DNA of 64,000 nucleotides from Pseudomonadota bacterium (GTDB lineage Bacteria; Pseudomonadota; Alphaproteobacteria; Rickettsiales; UBA1997): NCBI GenBank assembly GCA_040386195.1, contig JAZKFV010000006.1, positions 18,059 to 82,058 of the forward strand, read 5' to 3'. Shown piece by piece: positions 55,081 to 64,000 of this stretch (position 1 is its first letter; each line of letters starts with the position of its first letter). The notes under the pieces were generated by a model. It saw only the letters and a program-made list of their open reading frames with translations, ran no database searches and was not told where the DNA came from. The position numbers and the translations under genes were made by a program.

Positions 55081-55460
55081 AGTTTTAATTTCCAAACCGC
55101 TTGAGAAAGTTGCTTAAACCATTTTCTGGTTTCTTTTTCATTGTGATTTTCTGATGAAGAATGCAAAGCCTGAACTGCTTCTCCAACATTATCCACGGTG
55201 CTATTGTTTTTATGATCTTCGATAAGTTTATCTGAGGCAGTTTCCAAAGAATAAGTTATCTCGTGAATCTTCTCCAAATCTTGATCGGATAATTTTTGCT
55301 TAGCGACAATTTTATTAATATCCGAAATTTTGCTATTCAGAACTTTTACCGCCTGAGCAGATGATGCAATTTTTTTTCCTTCATAATGCATAGTTCTTTC
55401 CTCAGCATAAGCGCCAGATGAAAGCATAATTAGAATGGAGGCGAGGGCGATAATTTTCAT
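55077..55460 (-). CDS. secreted/periplasmic helical protein, probably Fur-regulated
   Basis: The ORF is trimmed to the Met preceding the signal peptide MKIIALASILIMLSSGAYA. Divergent from the receptor operon and shares its Fur-box region. No known family recognised. Confidence 0.5.
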   Translation of the reverse strand: MKIIALASILIMLSSGAYAEERTMHYEGKKIASSAQAVKVLNSKISDINKIVAKQKLSDQDLEKIHEITYSLETASDKLIEDHKNNSTVDNVGEAVQALHSSSENHNEKETRKWFKQLSQAVWKLKL

Positions 55461-55591
55461 AGTTTGATTTGGTTGGTTAATTTGTAATGCCAATTCTGGA
55501 TTATTTCTTATCCCCAATTGGCGTTTTAAGACAGGATTTTACGCTGCTTCTTATTTGTAAATATTTGCAATTAAAAAATCAAATAAAAAAT

Positions 55592-55610
55592 GATAATGAT
55601 TATCATTATC
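55592..55610. promoter_or_regulatory. Fur box 1 upstream of the TonB-dependent receptor operon
   Basis: GATAATGATTATCATTATC matches the consensus GATAATGATAATCATTATC at 18/19. Confidence 0.75.
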
Positions 55611-55612
55611 TG

Positions 55613-55654
55613 TTGACATTAAAAATTGTATTAGTGATAATGATTATCATTATT
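55613..55654 (+). promoter_or_regulatory. sigma-70-like promoter (-35 TTGACA, 17 nt, -10 GATAAT) overlapped by Fur box 2
   Basis: TTGACA at 55613-55618 and GATAAT at 55636-55641. Fur box 2, GATAATGATTATCATTATT (55636-55654), starts at the -10 element. Lies 38 nt upstream of the receptor ATG at 55692. Confidence 0.65.
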
Positions 55655-55691
55655 GCTTTTTCAACTTCTATTAATTTAACAATCGACCCTT

Positions 55692-57851
55692 ATGAACATT
55701 ATCTTCAAAGCCTCTGGCTCATTTTCTGAATTTACCAAAAAAACCGCATCACAATTGATCGTTAGTTCGGTTATGGCGAGTTATCTGGCAGTTAACCCAG
55801 CAATGGCAGCAGAATCTGGAATTACCAAACTTCCCGCAATTACAGTTAGTGAAACTCGTGATGATGATAGTGATAGTTATAAAAATTCTTCCTCATCGCT
55901 GAATAAATTAACCGCTCCATTAAAAGATACTCCAAAAACAATTACTGTAATTCCAAAATCATTAATGGAAGATCAAGGTGCAACTTCGCTTAAAGACGCT
56001 TTACGAAATGTGCCTGGTTTAAGCATAAATTCTGGGGAAGGTGGAAATCAGGGTGATAGTGTTAATATTCGCGGCTTTACTTCTCGCAATGATTTTTTCA
56101 TTGATGGAATGCGTGATTTTGGAAATTATAATCGTGATCCGTTTAATATTGAGTCATTAGAAGTGTTGCAAGGTCCAGCATCAATATTATTTGGTCGTGG
56201 TTCAACTGGCGGGGTGGTTAATCAGAAAAGTAAAGAAGCGCGTTTGGGAAATTATAATAAAAGTAGTGTTGCCTTAGCAACTAACGACACTACTCGTTTT
56301 ACAACTGATGTTAACCGAGAACTTTCAGATACCAGTGCGTTTAGAATTAATTTAATGGCGCATCATAATGAAGTTGAAGATCGTGATACAGTTGAGGATA
56401 ATCGCTTTGGTATTGCCCCTTCACTATCTTTTGGGCTTGGCACTGACACCAGATTAACTTTAGATTATTTGCACCAAAAAGAAGATAATATTCCTGATTA
56501 TGGAATTGGTTTTATGAATGGCAGACCTGCCAAAGTTGATCGCAGTAATTATTATGGATTCCAAGATGATTACTTTAAATCAGAAGTTGATATTGCAACT
56601 GCAAAATTTGAACATGATTTTAACAAAGATGTGTCCGTCAGTAATAAATTAAGATACGCCAATTATCAGCGTCAATTAAATACAACTCAGCCAACATATA
56701 GTACGCCTTTCGTAAATGCTACTCGAGGTAATATTAATGTTGATAGCACCGAAACTGCGCTTATTAATCAAACTGATTTGAAAGTAAAATTTGATACTTT
56801 TGGTCTGAGGCATGAATCAGTTAGTGGAGTTGAACTTTCCAGAGAAACTTCTGCACCAACAAGATTTACTTATACCGGCATTCCATCAACTAATATACAG
56901 AATCCGGCTGAGGCATATTTTTCTTACACTACAAAAACCCTGAGCTCAAAAACCGAAGGCAGCAATGACACTTTGGCGGCCTATTTTTCTGATACATTAC
57001 ATTTAAATCAAAAATGGGATATTCTGGGCAGCGTTCGTTTTGATCATTTAAAATCAAGATTTCAACAAGAACAGCCTGTGGCAAATGCTGCTAATTTTTC
57101 CCAAATTAACAATAATATTAGTTGGAGTGGTGGCGTGGTTTATAAGCCAACTGATAATGGCAGTATCTATGTTAGCGCCGGATCTTCTTTCCAACCATCG
57201 GCTGAAACTTTCTCTTTACAACAAGTTCCACAAACCGGAACCGCCAGAGTTTCCTCCAATATTGATCCTGAAACCAGCAGAACTTATGAAGTTGGTACTA
57301 AATGGGATTTCTTCAAGAAAAAACTTTCAACTAGCTTTGCTATTTTTCGCACTGAAAAAAATAAAGTTCGTGAAAATGATCCAAACAACAGCACATCTTT
57401 TGTTCTGGTTGGCAAACAAGTGGTTGACGGTTTTCAAGCGCAAGTTTCGGGAAATTTAACCAATAAGTGGCAAATCTTCTCCGGATATTCTTATATGAAT
57501 GGCAGAGTTTCAAAATCAGCATTAATCACTACTCCAAAAGGAACGGTATTGGGTGGAACTCCAAAACATACTTTTAACTTATTTACCACTTACAAATTAC
57601 CGTATAATTTAGAAGTTGGTGGCGGTTTAAATGCAATTTCAGATCGTCGTGGCTCAACTTTAGCTACTGCCAACAAAGCGCCGGGATATGCCACATATAA
57701 CGCAATGACTAAATATACTTTAAATGAAAACATTGATTTTCAATTTAATGTCGAAAACTTAACCAACACATATTATTATGACCAAGTCGCGGGAAGAGTT
57801 GTTCCTGGAGAGGGTCGAGTATTTATGTTAACCACTAATTTTAGTTTCTAA
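55692..57851 (+). CDS. TonB-dependent siderophore receptor
   Basis: 719 aa. Signal peptide ending AMAAE, TonB box LPAITVSE, plug-domain motifs ([32 protein letters not shown]), a beta-barrel and a terminal aromatic residue (NFSF-stop). Confidence 0.88.
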   Translation: MNIIFKASGSFSEFTKKTASQLIVSSVMASYLAVNPAMAAESGITKLPAITVSETRDDDSDSYKNSSSSLNKLTAPLKDTPKTITVIPKSLMEDQGATSLKDALRNVPGLSINSGEGGNQGDSVNIRGFTSRNDFFIDGMRDFGNYNRDPFNIESLEVLQGPASILFGRGSTGGVVNQKSKEARLGNYNKSSVALATNDTTRFTTDVNRELSDTSAFRINLMAHHNEVEDRDTVEDNRFGIAPSLSFGLGTDTRLTLDYLHQKEDNIPDYGIGFMNGRPAKVDRSNYYGFQDDYFKSEVDIATAKFEHDFNKDVSVSNKLRYANYQRQLNTTQPTYSTPFVNATRGNINVDSTETALINQTDLKVKFDTFGLRHESVSGVELSRETSAPTRFTYTGIPSTNIQNPAEAYFSYTTKTLSSKTEGSNDTLAAYFSDTLHLNQKWDILGSVRFDHLKSRFQQEQPVANAANFSQINNNISWSGGVVYKPTDNGSIYVSAGSSFQPSAETFSLQQVPQTGTARVSSNIDPETSRTYEVGTKWDFFKKKLSTSFAIFRTEKNKVRENDPNNSTSFVLVGKQVVDGFQAQVSGNLTNKWQIFSGYSYMNGRVSKSALITTPKGTVLGGTPKHTFNLFTTYKLPYNLEVGGGLNAISDRRGSTLATANKAPGYATYNAMTKYTLNENIDFQFNVENLTNTYYYDQVAGRVVPGEGRVFMLTTNFSF

Positions 57852-58531
57852 TGTTATTACAAATTCCCCAAGTTTTAAGCAAAGAGCAAGTTCTGAATTG
57901 TCGTAGAATTTTAGATTCAGCTAGTTGGGTTGATGGCAAAGTGACTGCTGGGCATCAATCTGCTAAGGCTAAGAATAATATGCAAATTCCAGAAAACAGC
58001 GCCAGTGCCAAAGAACTTAGGGAAATTGTTTTAACTGCATTAGAAAAAAATCCACTTTTTATTTCCGCAGCACTTCCTTTGAGAGTTTTTCCGCCACTTT
58101 TTAATCGTTATAGTGGCGGGCAAAATTTTGGAACTCATATTGATAACGCCATTCGTTATATTCCGGGAACCGGAAACCCAATCAGAACTGATCTTTCAGC
58201 AACTTTATTTCTTGCTGAGCCAGATGAATATGAGGGCGGAGAATTGGTTATTGAAGATAATTATGGCATTCACAAAGTAAAACTTGCGGCGGGAGATATG
58301 ATTTTATATCCATCAACTAGCTTGCATCATGTAACCGAAGTGACCAAAGGTGCTAGAGTGGCGTCTTTTTTTTGGATTCAAAGTATGATTCGTGATGATG
58401 CTAAAAGAACTCTGCTTTTCGATTTAGATAATGCTATTCGTTCATCTTTGGCGGCAAATCCCAATCATCCTTCATCAATTCAAATGACCGGGATTTATCA
58501 TAATCTGCTGCGTATGTGGTCTGAGGTATAA
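57851..58531 (+). CDS. piuC: Fe(II)/2-oxoglutarate-dependent PKHD-type hydroxylase (PiuC/YbiX family)
   Basis: 226 aa. [14 protein letters not shown]...[21 protein letters not shown] parallels E. coli YbiX. Has the H-x-D (THIDNA) and distal His (SLHHV) iron ligands. The start overlaps the receptor stop (TAATG). Confidence 0.8.
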   Translation: MLLQIPQVLSKEQVLNCRRILDSASWVDGKVTAGHQSAKAKNNMQIPENSASAKELREIVLTALEKNPLFISAALPLRVFPPLFNRYSGGQNFGTHIDNAIRYIPGTGNPIRTDLSATLFLAEPDEYEGGELVIEDNYGIHKVKLAAGDMILYPSTSLHHVTEVTKGARVASFFWIQSMIRDDAKRTLLFDLDNAIRSSLAANPNHPSSIQMTGIYHNLLRMWSEV

Positions 58532-58535
58532 TTTT

Positions 58536-59636
58536 ATGACACGAAAAATCATAAAAAAAATTCATCTTTGGTTAACGCTGATATTTTTTATCCCGCTTGT
58601 AATTCAGGGTTTAAGCGGAACTGTTATGGTTTTTGAGAGTGAAATTGAAGATTTAATTTCTGGTCACAAAGAATATAAATTACCCAACAATTACGAAAAT
58701 CAGAATTCACCGGAAATCGATAAAATAATTGCTACCGCTCAAAATGTTGTTCCTAAAAATTACTCCCCAAATTTTGCTCAATTTTTAGAAAATCAACCAG
58801 CAAAAATTAGTTTTGCAGCTGAAAAAAATCCAAAAATTTCAGTTTTTGTTGATCCATTCACATTAGAAATTCTGGGGCGGGAAACATCAAATCCAAATGC
58901 GGTTCTAAAAACAATTCATCAATTACACACCAACCTTTTAATTGCCGGAAAAACCGGAAGAAATTTGATTGGCTATGTGGGAATTGTTATGTTTTTAATG
59001 CTTATCAGCGGAATTATCATTTGGTTTCCAAAGCAGATATCACGCTTAAAAGAAGGCTTTTCTTTCAAATTCTCCGATAGCGGATTTAATTTTCACCGTC
59101 GTCTACACAAGTCAGTTGGAATCTGGTCTTATCTGGTTTTCTTCATTGTCACTTTCAGCGGAATTTACATTGTTTTCCCACAATATATTGAACCTATATT
59201 CATCGAAGGCAGAATGCGCGAGAAAATTACTTTACCGAGGCAAGAGGGCAGAGTTGCTGATGTTAATGAAGTAATAAAAATTACCCGAAATGTTTTTCCT
59301 GATGAAAAAATTATCTCAATTTTTATTTCCAACACATCTGATCGTCCTTACCGAGTAAACTTAAAACCAAATAATTACATTACCGGCGGCCCAATGATTA
59401 ATGTGAATATTGATCCTATAAAAGCAGAAATTATTAAAGTTCAAAACCCTGATAAATTCACCATTGGCGCAACTATTATGGCTTGGCAAGCTCCCTTACA
59501 TTTTGGCGAAGTCTTTGGTTTGCCATGGAGAATTGCTCTTTTATTATGCGGGTTTTTGCCGCTCTTATTTACAATCACCGGAATTTCTATGTGGTGGAAA
59601 AAGAGGAAAAGCCAAAAATTAAGAATTGCAAAATAA
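58536..59636 (+). CDS. PepSY-associated TM-helix protein (PiuB-like iron-uptake factor)
   Basis: 366 aa. The N-terminus KIHLWLTLIFFIPLVIQGLSGT and the HxxxG segments are typical of PepSY_TM proteins. Operonic with the receptor and piuC. Confidence 0.7.
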   Translation: MTRKIIKKIHLWLTLIFFIPLVIQGLSGTVMVFESEIEDLISGHKEYKLPNNYENQNSPEIDKIIATAQNVVPKNYSPNFAQFLENQPAKISFAAEKNPKISVFVDPFTLEILGRETSNPNAVLKTIHQLHTNLLIAGKTGRNLIGYVGIVMFLMLISGIIIWFPKQISRLKEGFSFKFSDSGFNFHRRLHKSVGIWSYLVFFIVTFSGIYIVFPQYIEPIFIEGRMREKITLPRQEGRVADVNEVIKITRNVFPDEKIISIFISNTSDRPYRVNLKPNNYITGGPMINVNIDPIKAEIIKVQNPDKFTIGATIMAWQAPLHFGEVFGLPWRIALLLCGFLPLLFTITGISMWWKKRKSQKLRIAK

Positions 59637-59791
59637 GATTCTGGTGCGTAAAATGACCGCCCTTTGAATAAGCGTGCACAAGTGCTTCTCAATTAATTTT
59701 AACAATCTTAGATATTAGCTGATATTGGTGTTGGTTTGTTTAAAACCAATTCTTTGCTAGCATCTCAAAATTAACCAATAATTTAAATTTT

Positions 59792-60769
59792 ATGACTAAA
59801 GACAACAATCTACCCGCGTTCACCATCAAACAACTTCTCGAAGCTGGCGTTCATTTTGGACACAAAACCATGCGTCGTAATCCAAAAATGTCAAAATATA
59901 TTTTTGGCGACAGAAACAATCTGAGCATCATCAACCTTGAACAAACTGCAGTTTGCCTACACACTGCACTTAAAGCTGTAAAAGAAATTGCTAAAAATAA
60001 CGGCAGAATTTTGTTTGTTGCTACAAAAAAACAAGCTTTCGACGCTGTTGAAGAATCTGCAAAAAGATGTGGTCAATATTATGTCAATCAACGTTGGTTG
60101 GGCGGAATGCTTACTAACTGGAAAACCATTTCTCAATCAATCAAAACTTTAAAGAAAATTGAAGAACAGCTAGCCGGTGACGAGCTTGGTTTGAATAAAA
60201 AAGAAAGATTATTTTTGGATCGTCAAAGAATTAAATTAGAAAATGCTTTGGGCGGTATCAGAAATATGGGCGGTTATCCTGATTTAGTTTTCATCATTGA
60301 TATCAACCGTGAAGCTCTTGCGATCGCTGAAGCTAAAAAACTTGGCGTGCCAATTATGGCAATTTTAGATACCAACGTTAATCCTGATGGAATTGCTTTT
60401 CCAATTCCTGGCAATGACGACTCAGTTAAAGCAATCAAATTATATTGCCGTTTAATTTCTGACGCAGCTTTGGCGGGCATTAAAGAAAATATGGCGATTG
60501 CTGGCGTTGATGTTAGTAAGCTTGAAGGCGCTTCTTCTGAATCAATTTTAGAAGCAGCTAATGCTAGAAAACCTGAGGAAAGAAAACCTGAAGCTAAAAA
60601 AGATACTATCACTAAAAAAGCTGATAGAAAAGACGCCAAAGGGGATAACGGAAAGCCGTTTAAACCAACTGGCGAGAAAAAAGATTTTAAGCCAAAAGCC
60701 GCAGCCGAAAAAGCTCCAGCTTCTAAAAAACCAGCTGCAAAAAAACCAGCATCTAAACCAACAAAATAA
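59792..60769 (+). CDS. rpsB: 30S ribosomal protein S2 with a ~70-aa K/A/P-rich C-terminal extension
   Basis: 325 aa. Has LLEAGVHFGH, a RWLGGMLTNW-type motif and the core to about residue 250, followed by a lysine/alanine/proline-rich tail. Confidence 0.92.
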   Translation: MTKDNNLPAFTIKQLLEAGVHFGHKTMRRNPKMSKYIFGDRNNLSIINLEQTAVCLHTALKAVKEIAKNNGRILFVATKKQAFDAVEESAKRCGQYYVNQRWLGGMLTNWKTISQSIKTLKKIEEQLAGDELGLNKKERLFLDRQRIKLENALGGIRNMGGYPDLVFIIDINREALAIAEAKKLGVPIMAILDTNVNPDGIAFPIPGNDDSVKAIKLYCRLISDAALAGIKENMAIAGVDVSKLEGASSESILEAANARKPEERKPEAKKDTITKKADRKDAKGDNGKPFKPTGEKKDFKPKAAAEKAPASKKPAAKKPASKPTK

Positions 60770-60832
60770 TTCGCTTGCGCTTCGCTACAGCGCAACTAGT
60801 TCATTCATAATTTAAATTAATAATTCATTTAT

Positions 60833-61750
60833 ATGGCAGATTTAGCATTAATAAAAAAACTTCGTGAAACCACTGGCTGCGGCATTGCAGATTGTAATAA
60901 AGCTTTGGCTGAAAATGGTGATGATTTTGAAAAATCGGTTGATTGGTTGCGCAAAAAAGGTCTTTCAGCAGCAGTTAAAAAAGGCGGCAGAATTACTTCA
61001 GAAGGAATTGTTGCCGTGCAAATTCAAGGTTCAAATGCAGTAATTTTAGAAGTTAATTCTGAAACTGACTTTGTGGCTAGAAACCAAAAATTCCAAGATT
61101 TTGTTAAAGCAGTTGCTTCAGTATCATTTGGTGTTGGCGCTGAAATTGAAAAGCTTAAAGCTCAAAAATATCCAAATTCAGCAATTACTGTTGATGAAGA
61201 ACTAAAAAACCAAATCGGTATTATTGGTGAAAATATCAACATCAGAAGAGTTGATAATGTTTCTGCTCAAAACGGCTTGGTGATTAGCTATGTTCACAAT
61301 GCAGTTGCTCCAAATTTAGGAAAAATTGCGGTTTTGGTTGCTTTAGAATCAGCTGGAGATAAAGCGAAATTGGAAGAATTTGGTCGTCAAATTGCTATGC
61401 ATATTGCCGCTGCCAAACCAGACGCTTTAACTGTTGAAGCGGTTGATCCAAGCAAATTAAATCGTGAAATTGAGATTTTAAAAGAACAAGCTAGAGCTTC
61501 TGGCAAACCTGAAAGCATCATCGAAAAAATGATGGAAGGTAGAATCAGAAAATATTACGAAGAAGTTGTTCTTTTGGAACAAAATTTTGTAATGGATGAC
61601 AAAGTTAAAATTAAAGATTTGTTGAAAAACTTTAGCAAAGAAATTGGCTCTGAAACCACAATCTCCGGATTCAAACTTTTCATTCTTGGTGAAGGTATCG
61701 AAAAAAAAGAAACTGATTTTGCTGCTGAAGTTGCTTCAATGGCGAAATAA
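60833..61750 (+). CDS. tsf: translation elongation factor Ts
   Basis: 305 aa. N-terminal UBA-like IKKLRETTGCGIADCNKAL and the EVNSETDFVARN motif. Confidence 0.92.
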   Translation: MADLALIKKLRETTGCGIADCNKALAENGDDFEKSVDWLRKKGLSAAVKKGGRITSEGIVAVQIQGSNAVILEVNSETDFVARNQKFQDFVKAVASVSFGVGAEIEKLKAQKYPNSAITVDEELKNQIGIIGENINIRRVDNVSAQNGLVISYVHNAVAPNLGKIAVLVALESAGDKAKLEEFGRQIAMHIAAAKPDALTVEAVDPSKLNREIEILKEQARASGKPESIIEKMMEGRIRKYYEEVVLLEQNFVMDDKVKIKDLLKNFSKEIGSETTISGFKLFILGEGIEKKETDFAAEVASMAK

Positions 61751-61755
61751 TAAAT

Positions 61756-61832
61756 AGTCGTAAGTCGTAAGTCATAAGTCGTTAGTGATTTACTTACGAC
61801 TTACGACTTATGACTTATAACTCACGACTATT
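61756..61832 (+). repeat. heptamer-array hairpin element filling the tsf-pyrH spacer
   Basis: Left array AGTCGTA AGTCGTA AGTCATA AGTCGTT AGTGATT (61756-61790). Right array ACTTACG ACTTACG ACTTATG ACTTATA ACTCACG ACTATT (61792-61832) runs directly into the pyrH ATG (61833). 61756-61772 pairs perfectly (17 bp) with 61792-61808. Confidence 0.9.
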
Positions 61833-62534
61833 ATGTATAAACGAATTCTCTTCAAAGTATCTGGCGAAGCAATGATGGGTGACAAGGGTTTTGGTCATGA
61901 TCAATCGGCGATTTCTCGCATTTGTAATCAAATTATTAATACTGTTAAACAAGGTTGCCAAATTTGTGTAGTAGTTGGTGGTGGCAATATTTTTCGTGGT
62001 GTGTCAGTTGCGGCTGCGGGAATGGAACGCGCTAGTGCTGATTATATGGGAATGTTAGCAACTTGCATTAATGGGCTAGCTTTGCAAAGCGCTTTAGAAA
62101 AAGCTGGAGTTCCAACTCGTATGCAATCAGCAATTCAAATGGATAGCATTTGCGAACCTTATGTTAAAAGACGCGCAGTGCGCCATTTAGAAAAGGGCAG
62201 GGTAGTAATTTTTACCGCTGGAACTGGCAATCCATTTTTCACCACCGACACCGCCGCAGTTCTGCGCGCCATTGAAACTAATTGTGATGCAATTTTCAAA
62301 GGCACACAAGTTGATGGCGTTTATTCTGCCGATCCAAAAACTAATCCTGATGCTACTAGATATGATCGTTTAAGCTATCGTGATGTCATTAAACAAGATT
62401 TAAAAGTTATGGATCAAACCGCCATAACTCTGGCTAAAGACAATAAATTGCCAATCATAGTTTTTTCAATTAAAAATGAAAATGCCCTGCAAGAAGTTGT
62501 CAATTCGCAAGGTAAATTCACAATTATTAACTAA
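61833..62534 (+). CDS. pyrH: UMP kinase
   Basis: 233 aa with [17 protein letters not shown] and [13 protein letters not shown] motifs. Confidence 0.92.
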   Translation: MYKRILFKVSGEAMMGDKGFGHDQSAISRICNQIINTVKQGCQICVVVGGGNIFRGVSVAAAGMERASADYMGMLATCINGLALQSALEKAGVPTRMQSAIQMDSICEPYVKRRAVRHLEKGRVVIFTAGTGNPFFTTDTAAVLRAIETNCDAIFKGTQVDGVYSADPKTNPDATRYDRLSYRDVIKQDLKVMDQTAITLAKDNKLPIIVFSIKNENALQEVVNSQGKFTIIN

Positions 62535-62547
62535 ATAAAATTATCAT

Positions 62548-63105
62548 ATGATTAATGAGTTAGCTGATAAAGCCCGACATAAAATGGATGATATTATGTC
62601 TTTTCTCAAAAGAGATTTAGACAGCATCAGCACCGGCAGAGCCAATCCAGCTTTGCTCGATACTGTTCGAGTTGAGGCTTACGGAGATTTTATGCCACTT
62701 TTACAAGTTGCCAGCATTTCCACGCCCGACGCTTCTACAATTGCGGTGCAAGCTTGGGATAAATCAATGGTTAAGCCAATTGAAAAAGGTATTCTCAATT
62801 CTAATTTGGGCTTTAACCCAATGATTGACGGACAAGTTTTAAGAATTGTCATTCCCAAATTAAGCGAAGAACGCCGCCGCGATTTAGTTAAATTAGCGAA
62901 AAAATATGGCGAAGACAAAAAAGTAGCAGTCAGAAATTCTCGTCGTGATGTTTTAGATGATTTCAAAAAAAGAGAAAAAGAACTCGGCGCCAGCAAAGAC
63001 GACGCTCATTCTTTTGCCGATGTGATTCAAAAATTAACTGATGAATATGTTAAAAAAATTGATGATGCGGTTTTGGTTAAAGAAAAAGAATTGATGAAAA
63101 TATAA
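62548..63105 (+). CDS. frr: ribosome recycling factor
   Basis: 185 aa. Has TGRANPALLD, PKLSEERRRDLVK and VRNSRRD motifs. Confidence 0.92.
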   Translation: MINELADKARHKMDDIMSFLKRDLDSISTGRANPALLDTVRVEAYGDFMPLLQVASISTPDASTIAVQAWDKSMVKPIEKGILNSNLGFNPMIDGQVLRIVIPKLSEERRRDLVKLAKKYGEDKKVAVRNSRRDVLDDFKKREKELGASKDDAHSFADVIQKLTDEYVKKIDDAVLVKEKELMKI

Positions 63106-63110
63106 ATACT

Positions 63111-63206
63111 AGTCGTAAGTCGTAAGTCGAAAGTTGATTTATTTCTATGCTGCTTACGATTTTATTGCATTACTTATGACTCACGACTCACGACTCACGA
63201 CTATTC
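63111..63206 (+). repeat. heptamer-array element filling the frr-uppS spacer and running into the uppS start
   Basis: Left array AGTCGTA AGTCGTA AGTCGAA AGTTGAT (63111-63138), then a 33-nt spacer. Right array ACTTATG ACTCACG ACTCACG ACTCACG ACTATTC (63172-63206). The uppS ATG (63176) lies inside the first right-arm heptamer. Confidence 0.88.
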
Positions 63207-63901
63207 CAACTCACATCGCCGTTATCATGGACGGCAACGCGCGTTGGGCAAAAAATAAAAACTTGCCGGTGGCGATGGGTCATAGAGCTGGGTCGCAGGC
63301 GATTAAAACTTTGGTAAAATCAGCGGCGCAGTTTGGCGTAAAATATTTAACCATCTATGCTTTTTCAACCGAGAATTGGCAAAGACCCCAAGAAGAAGTT
63401 AGTTATTTAATGTTTTTGCTCAAAGAATATTTGGCAAAAGAAGTTAAGGAATTGATTGAAAACGGCGTTAAGATTATTGTTTCGGGTAATTTAGAAAATG
63501 TTGAAGAATCAATTGTTCAAAAGATTCGTAGCATTGAAGAGCAAACGAAAAATAATAAAACGATTTGTTTAAATGTTGCTTTTGATTACGGATCAAGAAG
63601 AGAAATTATGGATGCTTTGAAAAAAATTGCTGTTGCAATTGAAGAAAAAAAAATTAATTCAAGTGAAATTAATGAAGATTTAATTAGCAAAAATCTTTAT
63701 CAATCACAGCTTCCAGACCCGGATTTGCTGATTAGAACTGCAGGAGAATTGCGTTTAAGTAATTTTTTACTTTGGCAATTAGCTTATAGTGAACTTTATT
63801 TTACCGAAAAATTCTGGCCAGATTTTTCCGGAGAAGATTTGCACAAGGCCATTTTAGATTTTAATCAAAGAAAACGTAATTATGGAAAAAGACAATCTTA
63901 A
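63176..63901 (+). CDS. uppS: isoprenyl transferase (undecaprenyl diphosphate synthase)
   Basis: The ORF is open from 63134, but the family-consistent start is the Met at 63176 (MTHDSRLTTIPTHIAVIMDGNARWA). Has DGNARWA, FSTENWQRP and RTAGELRLSNFLLWQ motifs. Confidence 0.88.
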   Translation: MTHDSRLTTIPTHIAVIMDGNARWAKNKNLPVAMGHRAGSQAIKTLVKSAAQFGVKYLTIYAFSTENWQRPQEEVSYLMFLLKEYLAKEVKELIENGVKIIVSGNLENVEESIVQKIRSIEEQTKNNKTICLNVAFDYGSRREIMDALKKIAVAIEEKKINSSEINEDLISKNLYQSQLPDPDLLIRTAGELRLSNFLLWQLAYSELYFTEKFWPDFSGEDLHKAILDFNQRKRNYGKRQS

Positions 63902-64000
63902 AAAAACCTTAAATAACTTTGGCGAAACCGCCTTTAACTTCACTAAAAACGCTGGCAGTTGGCTGGATAAATTAGTGGAAAGAATGAGTCAATTTGACGA
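63882..64000 (+). CDS. 5' end of an ORF running off the window (cdsA expected by synteny, not verifiable)
   Basis: The ATG at 63882 overlaps the uppS 3' end. Translation MEKDNLKKTLNNFGETAFNFTKNAGSWLDKLVERMSQFD has no diagnostic motif. Confidence 0.25.
   Translation, partial: MEKDNLKKTLNNFGETAFNFTKNAGSWLDKLVERMSQFD

Noticed and set aside
61756-61808. Interpreting the heptamer hairpins as ordinary Rho-independent terminators.
   Set aside because: None of the stems is followed by a U-tract. They sit within conserved operons (tsf-pyrH, frr-uppS) and run directly into the next start codon. They are therefore reported as a distinct repeat family.
1-64000. CRISPR arrays, rRNA genes, transposase/IS elements and prophage structural genes.
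   Set aside because: I saw no regularly spaced direct repeats with unique spacers, no rRNA-like sequence and no transposase or integrase motifs in any long ORF. The only RNA gene I can support is tRNA-Ala.

Overview
This is an AT-rich chromosomal segment of a Gram-negative bacterium. It is probably an intracellular or protist-associated alphaproteobacterium. That placement is an inference from alpha-like ThrRS and IlvD sequences, rpsB-tsf-pyrH-frr-uppS synteny, mostly Shine-Dalgarno-less leaders and a heavy load of eukaryote-like genes. The housekeeping backbone comprises murG, argF, argC, a Bcr/CflA transporter, split gcvPA/gcvPB, ilvD, znuC/znuA, hisA, purH, thrS, tRNA-Ala(GGC), hemW, tonB-exbB-exbD, a Fur-box-controlled TonB-dependent receptor-piuC-piuB operon, and rpsB-tsf-pyrH-frr-uppS. 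Accessory blocks interrupt this backbone. (i) At 2.9-15.1 kb lies a head-to-tail array of six paralogous ankyrin proteins with a central caspase-like His/Cys domain; four of them end in eukaryotic CaaX prenylation boxes. This is the best candidate for an undescribed host-targeting system. (ii) An RI/NLR-type LRR protein sits beside decayed duplicate fragments. (iii) A tRNA-Ala-flanked island carries a fused MNT-HEPN gene tightly coupled to an ABC-ATPase/TOPRIM(DUF4435) gene and an AbiEi/AbiEii module. It also carries effector-like genes, including a eukaryotic IQM-like domain protein, a possible YopJ-like protein and a CPBP protease. (iv) A 1199-aa coiled-coil protein follows. Non-genic structure includes a dispersed family of (ACTTAYN)5 heptamer arrays placed exactly at gene 5' ends, often as hairpins with an inverted arm. 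There is also an in-frame 66-nt palindromic insertion inside murG, near-consensus Fur boxes, and tandem coding repeats. All calls come from reading the sequence and ORF translations; no database search was run.
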